Of a stretch of DNA of 64,000 nt, positions 20,393 to 31,087 are shown one piece after another. The notes below the pieces were generated by a model. That model was given only the letters and a program-made list of their open reading frames with translations. It had not been told where the DNA came from and searched no databases. The position numbers and the translations under genes were made by a program. Positions within the stretch are counted from its first letter, which is position 1; each line of letters begins with the position of its first letter. Source of the DNA: an uncultured Eubacteriales bacterium (GTDB lineage Bacteria > Bacillota > Clostridia > Oscillospirales > Acutalibacteraceae); assembly GCA_934675165.1 (NCBI GenBank), contig CAKUPP010000002.1:3718-67717 (forward strand), written 5' to 3'.

Positions 20393-22354
20393 TTAATTTA
20401 TTTTCTCTGAAACAATAGGTGTGAAAGGCCTTCCCTGACCTTCAAAAAATTTACTAAACATCTCATAAAACTCAAGTCTTACAACCTGTATCCCAGCAAC
20501 TAAAGCTTCTAGTGCGGTAACAATCAAATTTCCTATAACCAATGTTATAATCGCCCCGGGGCCACTAAACATATCTGCAATCGTAAATACAACCATCATC
20601 ATACCTGCATGTACCAAAACAAATGCACCAACTCTTAAAAATGACATTGTATTAGTTATAAAACTAAGCACTACTTCAAAAAGTTCAAAAAAGCTCTGTG
20701 GTAAATAATCTGCCCAACTTTCTGGCTTCCAATCTTTCTGACCATTTACAATTTTAATGAGTATTTCACTAAACATCAAAAGAATAAGCGGCACTATCAT
20801 TAGAAAAAACACGTATAATTTTGTAATCACTCCAGTATGCAGTGCAAGCATATCCACAATCATAAACACTAGTGAAATATAAAATACCATTCCACAAAAA
20901 CCTCTAGAACCAAAAATAGCTTCTCCGTAGTTTTTTTGTTTTACAAGAGAACAAATTCCAAGCACCATTGAAATTATAAGCAAAACTATCCCAATTGCTA
21001 CTGCAGAATAAATAATGGTATCCGTACTCGAAGCATCCATAACTTCAATCGGTTTTTTACTAAGTCCAAATACGTTTTTATAAAATGGATCAAGGGCATG
21101 TTCGAATCCAAAAACCGATCCAAAAAAAGTACCAAAAAAGGCTGAAGATATTCCACACGGAATAAGCATTTTTCCAAGTGCCATCTTTTTAAATTTCCAC
21201 ATTAGATACCCAACAACCGAAACCAAAATTCCCTGCCCAAGATCTGCGAACATTATTCCAAAAAGGAGTGTATAAGTAATAGCTACAAATGCAGTAGGAT
21301 CAAGTTCATTATAAGATGGTGTACCATAAGTATCAACCAAAAATTCAAACGGCCTAAAAATTTTATTGTTTTTAAGCTTTACAGGTGGGCGATGTTCCAA
21401 AACATTCTTACCTTCTTCAGTAGAATACTCTACCGATTTGATCTTACTTATTCTTTTTGTAAATTCTTCTAAATTTTCACTTGGAACCCAACCCACAAGG
21501 ATAAAAGTATCGTTATATTTTGCAACATATGATTTGATTTCAAAATAATCACTAAATTGCTTTACCTTTGTGTAAAACTTCATGCATTGATCTTTCTGAG
21601 AATTCCAAAAATTTGCAAGCTTTTGATCTATTTCTTTAATCTTTTTATCATTTTCATTAATTAAATCACAGAGATAACTAATTTGATCAACTGGAACTTT
21701 ATCACATGACTCAACTTCAATCTCTTCAAAGTAAAGAGAAGAAAACACTCTGTCAACTTCATCTCTATTCTCAAGTGGTGCAAAATAAATTCCCCACTGA
21801 TATTGTTCATCTGCACCAAAAGGGAAAAACATCAGATCCAAACCATTTTCAGCACTTTTTCTAGCTATTTGAGCATACTTAAAATACGCAGATCTTGGCA
21901 TCTTTCCAAAATGGGCTTTTGTATACTCACAAGAAACAATATCTTGAATTTTTTCTTTTAGATCAGAAAAATGTTTAAGTTTTTCTATTTCCTTTTTATA
22001 TTTTTCACAATCTTTCAACAAACAATTTTTTTCTGAAACAAAATTTTGAACATTCTCAAAAACGTAATTTGAATATCGTTCAATTTTACTCTTGCTAATG
22101 TGAAAATCACTTATATCTGTTTTCTCAGGTTTTGAAGAACACAATCGGATTACAGTCTCCAATTTTTTGAGTGGTTCTGCGTAAAAATTTTCTTCTGACA
22201 ATGCAGAAAATTTATCTGTATTTGAATAAAATGAAAAAACATTATCTGGCTCAAAAGACGCAGAATCGCCACAAGCATTGATAAGCTCATCAATTTGCTG
22301 TAAAGGGCCTATCATACTTATAAAATTCATTTTAGAAACTGACATTTGATACAT
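20393..22354 (-). CDS. ntpI: V-type ATPase subunit I (stator a-subunit).
   Basis: 653 aa, with a soluble N-terminal half and a polytopic C-terminal half containing LRVGAFVLVHAGM (conserved Arg). Confidence 0.85.
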   Translation of the reverse strand: MYQMSVSKMNFISMIGPLQQIDELINACGDSASFEPDNVFSFYSNTDKFSALSEENFYAEPLKKLETVIRLCSSKPEKTDISDFHISKSKIERYSNYVFENVQNFVSEKNCLLKDCEKYKKEIEKLKHFSDLKEKIQDIVSCEYTKAHFGKMPRSAYFKYAQIARKSAENGLDLMFFPFGADEQYQWGIYFAPLENRDEVDRVFSSLYFEEIEVESCDKVPVDQISYLCDLINENDKKIKEIDQKLANFWNSQKDQCMKFYTKVKQFSDYFEIKSYVAKYNDTFILVGWVPSENLEEFTKRISKIKSVEYSTEEGKNVLEHRPPVKLKNNKIFRPFEFLVDTYGTPSYNELDPTAFVAITYTLLFGIMFADLGQGILVSVVGYLMWKFKKMALGKMLIPCGISSAFFGTFFGSVFGFEHALDPFYKNVFGLSKKPIEVMDASSTDTIIYSAVAIGIVLLIISMVLGICSLVKQKNYGEAIFGSRGFCGMVFYISLVFMIVDMLALHTGVITKLYVFFLMIVPLILLMFSEILIKIVNGQKDWKPESWADYLPQSFFELFEVVLSFITNTMSFLRVGAFVLVHAGMMMVVFTIADMFSGPGAIITLVIGNLIVTALEALVAGIQVVRLEFYEMFSKFFEGQGRPFTPIVSEKIN

Positions 22355-22384
22355 ACCTCACTTTTCAAACTTATATTTGCAAGT

Positions 22385-23449
22385 CTATATTATAAGCATT
22401 TTTCGTATTTCCTCAGGTGGAAGTCGATATTTAATACCCTCTATTATGTTGGTAACATTCATAATTTCAATTTCTTTAAGAAAAATATACGATATTAATA
22501 CCACCGGAGGTGACAATGAAAAACGAATATTATGACGACATTTTACAAATCTCATATTAAGCGGCACCTTATCTATTACATCGAGTCCTCTTGAAAACCA
22601 TTTTTTCCCCATCTTTGTCTTTTTCATGTCAATCATCATTTGCTTATCATTTGGAGAATTTATAAAATTTCCAAGTAATTCAAAATCCAACGCTCCATAT
22701 TTTATTAAAGCAGAATTCATGTATTCAGGACTAAGGGCATAAAATTTTTTCATTCTTACTATTCTTACAAGATTGCTAAGATCTATATAAAGTTTAAAAA
22801 AGTCCGTAAGTTCCTGACGTGCCTTGCCCTTGACATACTTGTTTATAACATCAAACACAATTTCATACAAATGATTATAAAGTGCTGTTTCCATCAAAGT
22901 CAGATCAACGTTTTGTCCTTTTTTAGGCTTTAAAGGTTCCAAAACTTTATAATAATGAGAATCTTTAATTACTTTCAAAAAATCATCATATGTATTCACA
23001 TACTTAAGAGACCTCAAATCAACTCTGGCGTGGCTGTAAAAAAACTCCGGAATCGTATGGATGTATTCTCCTGATTTTCCGGCAACAATCAACATCAAGC
23101 TATGCATGAGCTGTTCTATCTCTGCTCGAGCAATGATATACTCAAAAAAATGTTCCCCCACTGAAATATCATATCTACCCAAAAGTTCGAAATCAACAAA
23201 AAGTTTTTTCCTTAACCTTTCTTCTATCTCAACTCTGTGTACCATATTTTCATTTATATCACCCAAGACATCAGCATAACTCGTTTTTCTCTTAAGGTAA
23301 GAGGCCACATCCGAAATACTCTTACAAACCAACAAATCTGAATATCCGTTTTCTTTTATCCCCTTACCATATAGTGCACGTGCTTTTGAAAGCACAGCAT
23401 TAGCTGCATATGAAATCATAATATTCAGCGAGTGCTTTTTTACTCGCAA
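22385..23449 (-). CDS. V-type ATPase subunit C (eukaryotic d-like).
   Basis: About 350-aa soluble helical protein positioned between the first small gene and subunit I. The call rests on position and size. Confidence 0.6.
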   Translation of the reverse strand: MRVKKHSLNIMISYAANAVLSKARALYGKGIKENGYSDLLVCKSISDVASYLKRKTSYADVLGDINENMVHRVEIEERLRKKLFVDFELLGRYDISVGEHFFEYIIARAEIEQLMHSLMLIVAGKSGEYIHTIPEFFYSHARVDLRSLKYVNTYDDFLKVIKDSHYYKVLEPLKPKKGQNVDLTLMETALYNHLYEIVFDVINKYVKGKARQELTDFFKLYIDLSNLVRIVRMKKFYALSPEYMNSALIKYGALDFELLGNFINSPNDKQMMIDMKKTKMGKKWFSRGLDVIDKVPLNMRFVKCRHNIRFSLSPPVVLISYIFLKEIEIMNVTNIIEGIKYRLPPEEIRKMLII

Positions 23450-23482
23450 TTGTTCACCACCATTACTGTAAATTTTTGAACC

Positions 23483-23794
23483 TCACTGTTTTATCACTCT
23501 ATATACTATTGTATTTATCCACTTAGCTTTATTTTGGGAATAAATTTCTTCAATACGATCGTATTTTTGTCTATAAGAATTTTCTATTACTTTAAGCCTC
23601 AAACACGCATTAACTTTTTCTTCTTTTTCAAGATTTTTTATATTTGCTCGTGCTTTTTCGAGATATTCTTCTCGCTTCTTACCCTTCATATCGCTTATTT
23701 TTTGCTGAGAATCAATCTTGAGTTGATTATCACGAACAAGATTTTCTTTAGCTTGTTTGTCAAGCTCAATAATACGCTTTATCATATCCTCCAT
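23483..23794 (-). CDS. Small coiled-coil protein and first gene of the V-ATPase operon. Probably a G/H-like stalk subunit.
   Basis: 103 aa, highly charged and helical. The call rests on operon position only. Confidence 0.45.
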   Translation of the reverse strand: MEDMIKRIIELDKQAKENLVRDNQLKIDSQQKISDMKGKKREEYLEKARANIKNLEKEEKVNACLRLKVIENSYRQKYDRIEEIYSQNKAKWINTIVYRVIKQ

Positions 23795-24171
23795 TACAAC
23801 TTAACACCCCCATTTTTACAAAAAATTTTACAAACAAAATTTTTTGTTCACTTAGAATTATGATACAAATATTTTAAATGTCAATAGATAATTATAAATT
23901 TTTATAATTTTTTTATCCCCCTAAACAATAAAGCAACATAAAACATAGAAAAAACGTACCAATCAATGTATAAATCGATACCAAAAAATCACAATAATGT
24001 GTACATTTAAAAAGTATACACAAAAATAAATATTTAGCATATATTGTAAATTTTATTCGGTACATATAATGGTATACACATTTTAAAATAATTATAAATC
24101 AGCATATCACCATTTTTCAATTTCACAGTCGCATAACTATCTATTGTGCCACTCATATTTTAAACAAAATT

Positions 24172-24209
24172 AAAATCCAGTTAGGATTCATATCAAAACT
24201 GGATTTTTT
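24172..24209 (-). terminator. Terminator after the first GT8-ricin gene.
   Basis: 9-10-bp stem aaatccagtt/aactggattt flanked by A- and T-runs. Confidence 0.6.
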
Positions 24210-24217
24210 AGGTTCAT

Positions 24218-25732
24218 CTAAACAAATCTAAACCTCTGAGCCGCTGTTTCATTTCCTTGCCAACAACGAATATTTGTTCCCTTCTTTGTATTTGCACTCT
24301 GAACATCCATAACAAGGCCATTACATTTTGATATGATGTAATAATTACCATTACCAGAGTTTACTATAAACCATTTTTGAGCGTCTGAACCATTGTAATC
24401 GTACTGCCAAATATTGGTGCCAATTTTATTTTCACCATATTGAACATCCAAATATTTTCCAGAACATTGCGATTGAATTGTGTAACATCCTTCACCAACA
24501 TATCTAACATTAAATTTTTGTGCAGGTGTCCAATTTCTTTCCCAAAGTCTCACGTTTGCCCCTGTTTTATAACTTGCTTGTTCAATATCAACAGCAGTGT
24601 AATAAGATAACTCACTGAGTAAATAATATTCCCCATCTCTTATGGCATGCCTTTGTTTTATATCATCAAAATATCCCGTTTTTTCAGCATATCTCCACCA
24701 TTTTTCTCTGTGAGATGCTTTAGATTCCTTCCATGGCTTTTTAACACAGTGTAATATACAAGGATCACACCAAGCATTCCAAACTTCACCAGCACTATAT
24801 CTATTCCAAGCAACCAAACTATTGCAATAGTAATCTACTTCCCATACAGGCAAATTAAACATACCAAATTTTGGCGGAATTAAGCCTATATTTCTATAAC
24901 ACACTCTGTTTATAACTGTTTGATCGTGTTCAGGAAGCCAATTATTACGTATGTAATCATTAAATTTTTCAATTACATGATCTTGTCTCAGTTTATTCAA
25001 ATTTGCAATCATAACACCATCACAAATATAATGGTCATTATCCGTACCGCCAGTACGTTCTGAACTGGGGAAATCCAAAAGTCCTCTGTAATATAATCCG
25101 TCCATATTCAAATTATACATTTCAGTTAAATCATGTAGTGTAATTGTATCGCCATCTATCCAAATCATCTTATCAATATATGGAAAAACTTCAGACATAG
25201 CAAGTCTATAATATGCCGGAGTGGTTATACGGTTATCAGTGTATGCACCCACGAACATATCTTTCATATTCACCAAATTGATAAAACAATTTTTATACTT
25301 TCTTTCAAGGTCACTAAGTTTATTTTTGTTTTCTTGAGAAAAATTATCTGGATGCATTATATAAAAATCATATTTAGTATTAAAATTAGCATTTTCAACA
25401 GCAGATATTATAGCTATCATTGTCGGATATATGTAACCATCATCTAATGCCATCGCCACAGGTATTCTTCCAGCATGTTCCTTCAAAAAATTCTCCCTGC
25501 GAAGAGCTTCTTCATCCACTTTAACCTCTTTTTGTTGAGGTATTGTTTGCGGCAATATATTTTCTTCATCAGAAGTTTTAGAAATTTGATCAGTCGCTTG
25601 TGGTAGTACATCCACTACATCATCAAAAGTTTCAATCATTTGAGCCATACATCTCAAATTCCACGATAATATCGAAATAAAAGAAAAAATCAAAATCAAA
25701 AACTTAAAATTCACTTTTTTCACATTCATCAC
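24218..25732 (-). CDS. Signal-peptide-bearing family 8 glycosyltransferase fused to a C-terminal ricin-B (beta-trefoil) lectin domain.
   Basis: N-terminal hydrophobic signal. GT8 motifs are AMALDDGYIYPT, DxD in WIDGDTI, and HCVKKPW. The C-terminus has three QxW-like repeats (AQKF, AQKW, AQRF). Confidence 0.75.
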   Translation of the reverse strand: MMNVKKVNFKFLILIFSFISILSWNLRCMAQMIETFDDVVDVLPQATDQISKTSDEENILPQTIPQQKEVKVDEEALRRENFLKEHAGRIPVAMALDDGYIYPTMIAIISAVENANFNTKYDFYIMHPDNFSQENKNKLSDLERKYKNCFINLVNMKDMFVGAYTDNRITTPAYYRLAMSEVFPYIDKMIWIDGDTITLHDLTEMYNLNMDGLYYRGLLDFPSSERTGGTDNDHYICDGVMIANLNKLRQDHVIEKFNDYIRNNWLPEHDQTVINRVCYRNIGLIPPKFGMFNLPVWEVDYYCNSLVAWNRYSAGEVWNAWCDPCILHCVKKPWKESKASHREKWWRYAEKTGYFDDIKQRHAIRDGEYYLLSELSYYTAVDIEQASYKTGANVRLWERNWTPAQKFNVRYVGEGCYTIQSQCSGKYLDVQYGENKIGTNIWQYDYNGSDAQKWFIVNSGNGNYYIISKCNGLVMDVQSANTKKGTNIRCWQGNETAAQRFRFV

Positions 25733-25842
25733 TCCTCAAAATTCCAAAAAATCTTTTCTTTAGACATATCTGAAATATAAAAATCGCTGTTTAATATCCC
25801 TCCTTTATAAGTTTGATTTTAAATATATAATTTGCATAAAAA

Positions 25843-25871
25843 ATTATATCAAATATTTATAAATTTTTCAA
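25843..25871 (-). promoter_or_regulatory. Putative promoter of the GT8-ricin gene: TTGAAA, 17 nt, TGaTATAAT.
   Basis: -35 is the reverse complement of 25866-25871 and -10 the reverse complement of 25843-25848. The same tgatataatttttt element recurs upstream of the paralog at about 27391-27404. Confidence 0.4.
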
Positions 25872-25936
25872 CTAATTATATATTTTTTATTATATTTAGC
25901 CAAATCGATTCGTGATTTATATATAAAAATTAAGAA

Positions 25937-27295
25937 TTATTTTACTATTTTGAATTTTTGATTTAAATTTTCTTTTCCTTTCTCACAGTACAAGATTGAG
26001 CCATTTTTAGACCAGTTGGACATAGTTAAAGACAAATTATAACATTTTGATATTATATAATAATCTCCATTACTAGAATTAACTATAAACCATTTTTGAG
26101 TATCTGAACCATTACAATCACACTGACAAACACCAGTATTATTATCACGCTTAACACTCAAATATTTTCCAGAACATTGTGCTTGAATTGTATAGCAACC
26201 TCTCCCAACATATTTTATTTTAAATTTTTGAGCGGGAGTCCAATTTTTCTTCCAAAGCCTAATTTCTGCATCTTCATTTTCGAAACCTCCCTCCACATCA
26301 ACAACAAGATCATTCCCAAAACTACTCTCCAACATATATTCACCATCATTTATTCCATACTTATTAAATATTTCATTGAAACAACATGTTTTTTCAGCAC
26401 ACTCCCACCAATAATCTCGACAAACCCCTATACCTCTAGACCACGGTTTATTCACACAATGGAGCAAAACAGGGTTCTTAACAGCTTCCCACAGTTCAAC
26501 CATCGAATATTTATCCCTCGCAACGATACTGTTGTGATATCCTTTTACATGCTCATCAGGCATATTAAACACACCAAATTTAGGTGGCAATAAACCTATT
26601 TTTTTGTAGCAAACATTGTTTATTACAGTTTGGTCATGCTCAGGTAAATACAAATTGCTTTTCATATACTCCTTAAATTTTTTACAAATTTTATCTTCAC
26701 GAAGTTTTTCAAGATTAACTAACATAACACCATCACAAATATAATGATCATTTTTGGCGGACATGCGTTCTGGCGTCACAACATCAAGAAATCCTCTGTA
26801 ATAAAGTCCACACATATCCAAACCATACATCTCTTTTAAATCTTTAAATGCTAACACATCACCATCAATATATATTATCTTTTTAATATTCGGGAGCAAT
26901 TCCGCCATGTCCAAACGATAGTACGCAGGAGTTGTTATTCGATCATCAGTATAAGCTAAAGAAAATTTATTATTCATATCAATTAAATTGATATCGCAGT
27001 TTTTATATTTTCGCGCGGTGTCTAAAAGTTTTTTTCTGTTCCAATATGAAAAATTACTCGGATGCATTATGTAAAAACTATATTTAGTATCAAAATCGGC
27101 ATTTTCAACTATTGAAGTAATAGCAACAATAGTAGGATAAATATATCCATCATCAAGTGCCATAGCTATTGGTATAATGTTTTTCTCTCGATTGAAATTA
27201 TCAAATTTATCTATCCCCTCAAAAGAAACACCTGTAGCAAAAACACTCAAAAAACACGTGAAAAAATGATACAAAAAATTTTTTAAAATTTTCAT
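25937..27295 (-). CDS. Paralogous signal-peptide GT8 glycosyltransferase with a ricin-B lectin domain.
   Basis: It has the same GT8 motifs (AMALDDGYIYPT, YIDGDVL, HCVNKPW) and QxW repeats (AQKF, TQKW, NQKF). About two-thirds of catalytic-domain residues are identical to the neighbour by eye. Confidence 0.75.
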   Translation of the reverse strand: MKILKNFLYHFFTCFLSVFATGVSFEGIDKFDNFNREKNIIPIAMALDDGYIYPTIVAITSIVENADFDTKYSFYIMHPSNFSYWNRKKLLDTARKYKNCDINLIDMNNKFSLAYTDDRITTPAYYRLDMAELLPNIKKIIYIDGDVLAFKDLKEMYGLDMCGLYYRGFLDVVTPERMSAKNDHYICDGVMLVNLEKLREDKICKKFKEYMKSNLYLPEHDQTVINNVCYKKIGLLPPKFGVFNMPDEHVKGYHNSIVARDKYSMVELWEAVKNPVLLHCVNKPWSRGIGVCRDYWWECAEKTCCFNEIFNKYGINDGEYMLESSFGNDLVVDVEGGFENEDAEIRLWKKNWTPAQKFKIKYVGRGCYTIQAQCSGKYLSVKRDNNTGVCQCDCNGSDTQKWFIVNSSNGDYYIISKCYNLSLTMSNWSKNGSILYCEKGKENLNQKFKIVK

Positions 27296-27485
27296 TATAA
27301 ACTACTCCTTACTATTTTTATTTTTTAATAATCCATCCAAACAAAAAGTCACCTCCATTTATTGTTTAAAATAAAATTTTTCAAACTTTAAAAAATTATA
27401 TCATATAAACAAAAATATTATATAATGTTTTTGTTTTACATTAAACACAAACTTATTTTTATTTCTAAAATATATCTTTTTTTGC

Positions 27486-27514
27486 TTGACTGATAAACAA
27501 AAATATGTTAGAAT
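27486..27514 (+). promoter_or_regulatory. Promoter of rpmG-secE-nusG: TTGACT, 17 nt, TGtTAGAAT.
   Basis: Read directly from the sequence. Confidence 0.55.
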
Positions 27515-27598
27515 TTTATTACCTCAAAATCAGGGGTTTATTTTTTGTACCCTAGAGAGGGAGGCTAAAATATTCCGAATAAACCGGGAGGTGCCGTG

Positions 27599-27748
27599 AT
27601 GACAGTAAAAATAACACTAGCCTGCACTGAGTGCAACCAACGCAACTATAACACTACTAAAAACAAAAAAAACATACCTGGCCGAATGGAAATGAATAAA
27701 CATTGTCCTTTTTGCCGTAAACACACCTTGCATAGGGAAACAAAATAG
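27599..27748 (+). CDS. rpmG: 50S ribosomal protein L33. It is not in the ORF track because it is only 49 aa.
   Basis: Manual translation gives [49 protein letters not shown], with the CxxC...CxxC zinc ribbon. GGAGG lies upstream and secE downstream. Confidence 0.9.
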   Translation: MTVKITLACTECNQRNYNTTKNKKNIPGRMEMNKHCPFCRKHTLHRETK

Positions 27749-27769
27749 GTTTTGAATGGAGGCAAAACA

Positions 27770-27991
27770 ATGAGTAAAAAAAAGAAAAATATCTTTTCAA
27801 AAATCGGAAGCTTTTTCGTAGATTACAAAAATGAAATCAAAAAAATTGTTTGGCCAACACAAAGAACAGTCTGGAGAAACAATGGCATAGTGCTCGCTAT
27901 GATTTTTATAATGGGCATTTTTGTTTCGTTTTTTGATGCAGGATGTATGCAACTTTTAAGCTTGGTAATGTCAGTTTCAAGCAATAAGTAA
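27770..27991 (+). CDS. secE: Preprotein translocase subunit SecE.
   Basis: EIKKIVWPT motif plus a single TM segment. Start set to the ATG at 27770, after GGAGG. Confidence 0.9.
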   Translation: MSKKKKNIFSKIGSFFVDYKNEIKKIVWPTQRTVWRNNGIVLAMIFIMGIFVSFFDAGCMQLLSLVMSVSSNK

Positions 27992-28011
27992 ATCCGGAGG
28001 AAAGGTGAAAT

Positions 28012-28533
28012 ATGTCTGAAAAAGCCAAATGGTATGTTGTACATACCTATTCGGGTTATGAAAACAAAGTAGCTTCTACTCTTGAAAAAACTATTGAAAA
28101 TCGTGGAATACGACATATGATTCAAGAAGTAAAAGTTCCAACAGAATCCGTCACTGAAATTAAGGACGGAAAACAGCGTCAGGTTGAAAAAAAGATTTTT
28201 CCAGGTTATGTACTAGTGAAAATGGTGCTCAGTGATGAATCTTGGTATATTGTCAGAAATATAAGAGGATGCACTGGATTTGTGGGAGCTTCCACTAAGC
28301 CAGTTCCTTTAACTGAACAAGAAGTAGCAAAACTTGGCGTAGAAGTGAAGTCGGTAAAACTAGATTACAACATTGGTGAGGTTGTCAGAATTATCGATGG
28401 ACCTCTGACAAATTTAAATGGACGCGTTGAGTACATTGATGCTGAAAACAACGTTGTTAAGGTTATTGTCTCGATGTTTGGTCGCGAAACTTTGGCAGAG
28501 CTAAAACTCAATCAAATTGAACCAGCAGTGTAA
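28012..28533 (+). CDS. nusG: Transcription antitermination factor NusG.
   Basis: KWYVVHTYSGYENKV N-terminus and a C-terminal KOW motif. Confidence 0.95.
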   Translation: MSEKAKWYVVHTYSGYENKVASTLEKTIENRGIRHMIQEVKVPTESVTEIKDGKQRQVEKKIFPGYVLVKMVLSDESWYIVRNIRGCTGFVGASTKPVPLTEQEVAKLGVEVKSVKLDYNIGEVVRIIDGPLTNLNGRVEYIDAENNVVKVIVSMFGRETLAELKLNQIEPAV

Positions 28534-28664
28534 TCATTTTGTTTGACTTAAAACATTAAGATTTGTGAATCAAAATAATTCACACAGTAAAGGTCTTTTC
28601 TACGTGGGAGGAATAAAATATTTTATTATTCCGAAAATCACCACAAAATTTGGAGGTGCACAAA

Positions 28665-29090
28665 TTGGCTAAAGAAGTCAGTTCAATTGTAAAATTACAA
28701 ATTCCCGCCGGCAAAGCAACTCCGGCACCACCAGTAGGTTCTGCACTTGGACCTCACGGTATTAATATAATGTCTTTTACTAAAGAATTTAACGATCGTA
28801 CAAAAAACGATGTAGGGATGATTATTCCAGTAGTAATTACTATCTATAAAGATCGTTCATTTACGTTTGTAACAAAAACTCCACCGGCTGCAGTTCTCAT
28901 AAAAAAAGCTTGCGGACTAGAGTCAGGCTCCGGTGTTCCAAACAAAACAAAAGTTGGAAAAATTACAAAAAGTCAGATTGAGGAAATCGCTAATCACAAG
29001 AAACCAGACTTAAATGCTGCAGACACTGCATCTGCCATGAGCATGATCGCAGGTACCGCCAGAAGTATGGGGATTGAGGTAGTAGATTAA
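28665..29090 (+). CDS. rplK: 50S ribosomal protein L11.
   Basis: [28 protein letters not shown]. The likely start is the TTG at 28665, after GGAGG. Confidence 0.95.
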   Translation: MAKEVSSIVKLQIPAGKATPAPPVGSALGPHGINIMSFTKEFNDRTKNDVGMIIPVVITIYKDRSFTFVTKTPPAAVLIKKACGLESGSGVPNKTKVGKITKSQIEEIANHKKPDLNAADTASAMSMIAGTARSMGIEVVD

Positions 29091-29149
29091 TCTCCATCCC
29101 CGTGGTGGGAGGAAAACATCCGATTTTACCACTAATTCAGGAGGAAAGT

Positions 29150-29848
29150 ATGAAACACGGTAAAAAATATAATGAAAGCGCAAAATCATATAATCAATCA
29201 CATTTTTATGATGCAAGAGAAGCAATTGACATATGCACAAAGAATGCAAAGGCTTCTTTTGACGAGACTGTTGAACTTCATGTGAGACTAGGTGTGGATT
29301 CTAGACACGCCGATCAACAAGTACGCGGAGCCATAGTACTTCCCAACGGAACCGGAAAAAAAGTTAGGGTTCTTGCTATATGCAAAGGTGACAATGAAAA
29401 CCTTGCAAAAGAAGCTGGTGCTGACTTTATAGGTGCTGAAGATATGGCCAAAAAAATTCAATCTGAAAATTGGATGGATTTTGATGTATTAATTACAACA
29501 CCCGATATGATGGGCGTTGTGGGAAGACTTGGTAAAGTTTTAGGCCCCAGAGGTTTAATGCCTAACCCAAAAGCAGGTACTGTTACGACAGATATCGCTA
29601 AAGCAATTAGAGAAGCTAAAGCTGGTAAAATTGAATATCGTTTAGACAAAACAAATATTATTCATTGTATTATTGGCAAAACTTCTTTTGGTACTGACAA
29701 ACTTTTGGAAAATTTTGAAACCTTAATGAGCGCAATTGTAAAAGCTAAGCCTGAAGCAAGCAAAGGTCAATATATCAAATCATGCGTCGTTTCTTCTACG
29801 ATGGGTCCAGGAGTAAAGATGAATACCGGTAAACTTGAATCAATGTAA
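29150..29848 (+). CDS. rplA: 50S ribosomal protein L1.
   Basis: MKHGKKY start after [22 protein letters not shown] is typical of L1. Confidence 0.95.
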   Translation: MKHGKKYNESAKSYNQSHFYDAREAIDICTKNAKASFDETVELHVRLGVDSRHADQQVRGAIVLPNGTGKKVRVLAICKGDNENLAKEAGADFIGAEDMAKKIQSENWMDFDVLITTPDMMGVVGRLGKVLGPRGLMPNPKAGTVTTDIAKAIREAKAGKIEYRLDKTNIIHCIIGKTSFGTDKLLENFETLMSAIVKAKPEASKGQYIKSCVVSSTMGPGVKMNTGKLESM

Positions 29849-29879
29849 TTGACAAATTACTAATCTTATTGTATACTAG

Positions 29880-30012
29880 TAGATATAAATTTCCAAAGAC
29901 AGTGGGTTTGTGTAAAAGGGTTCCTTCTCCCACCTAGGAAAGTTCGTAATTTTTAATTTTTAAAAGTCGTTAACTTTCATTTTTGGAAATGGATTCGGTT
30001 AACGATTTTTTG
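29880..30012 (+). promoter_or_regulatory. rplJ (L10) leader with a terminator/attenuator hairpin.
   Basis: Structured 5' region (gtggg...cccac) followed by a stem aagtcgttaac/gttaacgattt and a T-run at 29964-30011. Its location upstream of rplJ matches the Firmicute L10 leader. Confidence 0.55.
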
Positions 30013-30083
30013 TGTTATTAATATTAAAATTGTTAACTACTGTCAATTTGGTATTGAATCAATCAAATGGAGGTGAATAATGT

Positions 30084-30617
30084 ATGCCAAGTGTTAAGGC
30101 ATTAGAGCAAAAGAAAACTATAGTTAGAGAGCTTTCCGAGAAAATGCAACATTCTTGCGCAGGTGTTGTGGTAAGTTATCAGGGAATAAATGTAGAGGAT
30201 GATACAAAATTAAGGAGAGATCTTCGCGAAGCCGGAGTAGAATATGTTGTAGCAAAAAACACTCTTTTAAAAAGAGCTGCCGAAAGTGCTTCCATAAATG
30301 ATCTGTGCCCTTCTTTCCAAGGATCAACCGCATTAGCAGTGAGTAAAGATGATTATGTTGCCGCATCCAAGATCCTTTGTAATTTTGCCAAAGATCATGA
30401 CTTCTTTAAAGTGAAATCTGGGTTTATTGATGGAAAAGTAATTGATGCAGTAGAAGTTAATAATCTTGCGAAACTTCCTTCGAGAGAAGTTCTCATTGCA
30501 CAAGTTTTGGGCGGCCTCAATGCACCCATCTCGGGATTTGCAACTGTACTTGGAGGCACTATCAGAGGCCTCGTAGTTGCGCTTAATGCAATTGCAGAAA
30601 AAAAGCAATCTGCATAG
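30084..30617 (+). CDS. rplJ: 50S ribosomal protein L10.
   Basis: Sequence and position upstream of rplL. Confidence 0.95.
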   Translation: MPSVKALEQKKTIVRELSEKMQHSCAGVVVSYQGINVEDDTKLRRDLREAGVEYVVAKNTLLKRAAESASINDLCPSFQGSTALAVSKDDYVAASKILCNFAKDHDFFKVKSGFIDGKVIDAVEVNNLAKLPSREVLIAQVLGGLNAPISGFATVLGGTIRGLVVALNAIAEKKQSA

Positions 30618-30663
30618 TAAAATAAACTAATATAATTAAAAATATTTTTGGAGGTAAATAATA

Positions 30664-31041
30664 ATGTCAGAAAAAGTAACAAAATTGATTGAAGATGTAA
30701 AAGGTTTAACAGTTCTCGAACTCAGCGAATTAGTAAAAGCTCTTGAAGAAAAGTTTGGAGTATCAGCAGCAGCTCCTGTAGCAGTTGCAGCAGCTCCTGC
30801 AGCAGGCGCACCTGCCGCAGCAGAAGAAAAAACTGAATTTGATGTTATCTTAAAAGCAGCTGGAGACAACAAGATCAAAGTTGTTAAAGCTGTTAAAGAA
30901 ATCACAGGTCTTGGTCTCAAAGAAGCAAAAGCTATAGTTGATGGAGCTCCAAAAGCTTTAAAAGAAAAAGTTTCCAAAGATGTAGCTGAAGATATCAAAA
31001 AACAATTAACAGAACTTGGCGCAGAAGTAGAAGTTAAATAG
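30664..31041 (+). CDS. rplL: 50S ribosomal protein L7/L12.
   Basis: Ala/Pro hinge and the C-terminal domain [18 protein letters not shown]. Confidence 0.95.
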   Translation: MSEKVTKLIEDVKGLTVLELSELVKALEEKFGVSAAAPVAVAAAPAAGAPAAAEEKTEFDVILKAAGDNKIKVVKAVKEITGLGLKEAKAIVDGAPKALKEKVSKDVAEDIKKQLTELGAEVEVK

Positions 31042-31087
31042 TTTATTACTACATGAATAAAATTATACTAATACTTGTGTAATCAAC

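Noticed and set aside
24000-24080. GTATACACA repeated twice (24014 and 24072), plus a partial palindrome TGTGTAC..GTATACACA upstream of the V-ATPase operon.
   Set aside because: The repeats are short, AT-rich and imperfect, and no known operator consensus is recognised. This could easily be chance in 30% GC DNA.
30760-30840. An Ala/Pro-rich stretch ([19 protein letters not shown]) superficially resembling RiPP-core low complexity.
   Set aside because: This is the normal flexible hinge of ribosomal protein L7/L12.
30636-30998. 120-aa Ala/Ser-rich ORF on the minus strand, plus others at 30124..30682.
   Set aside because: These are shadow frames antisense to rplJ/rplL. The sense-strand genes are unambiguous, and the low-complexity composition mirrors the L7/L12 Ala-rich hinge.
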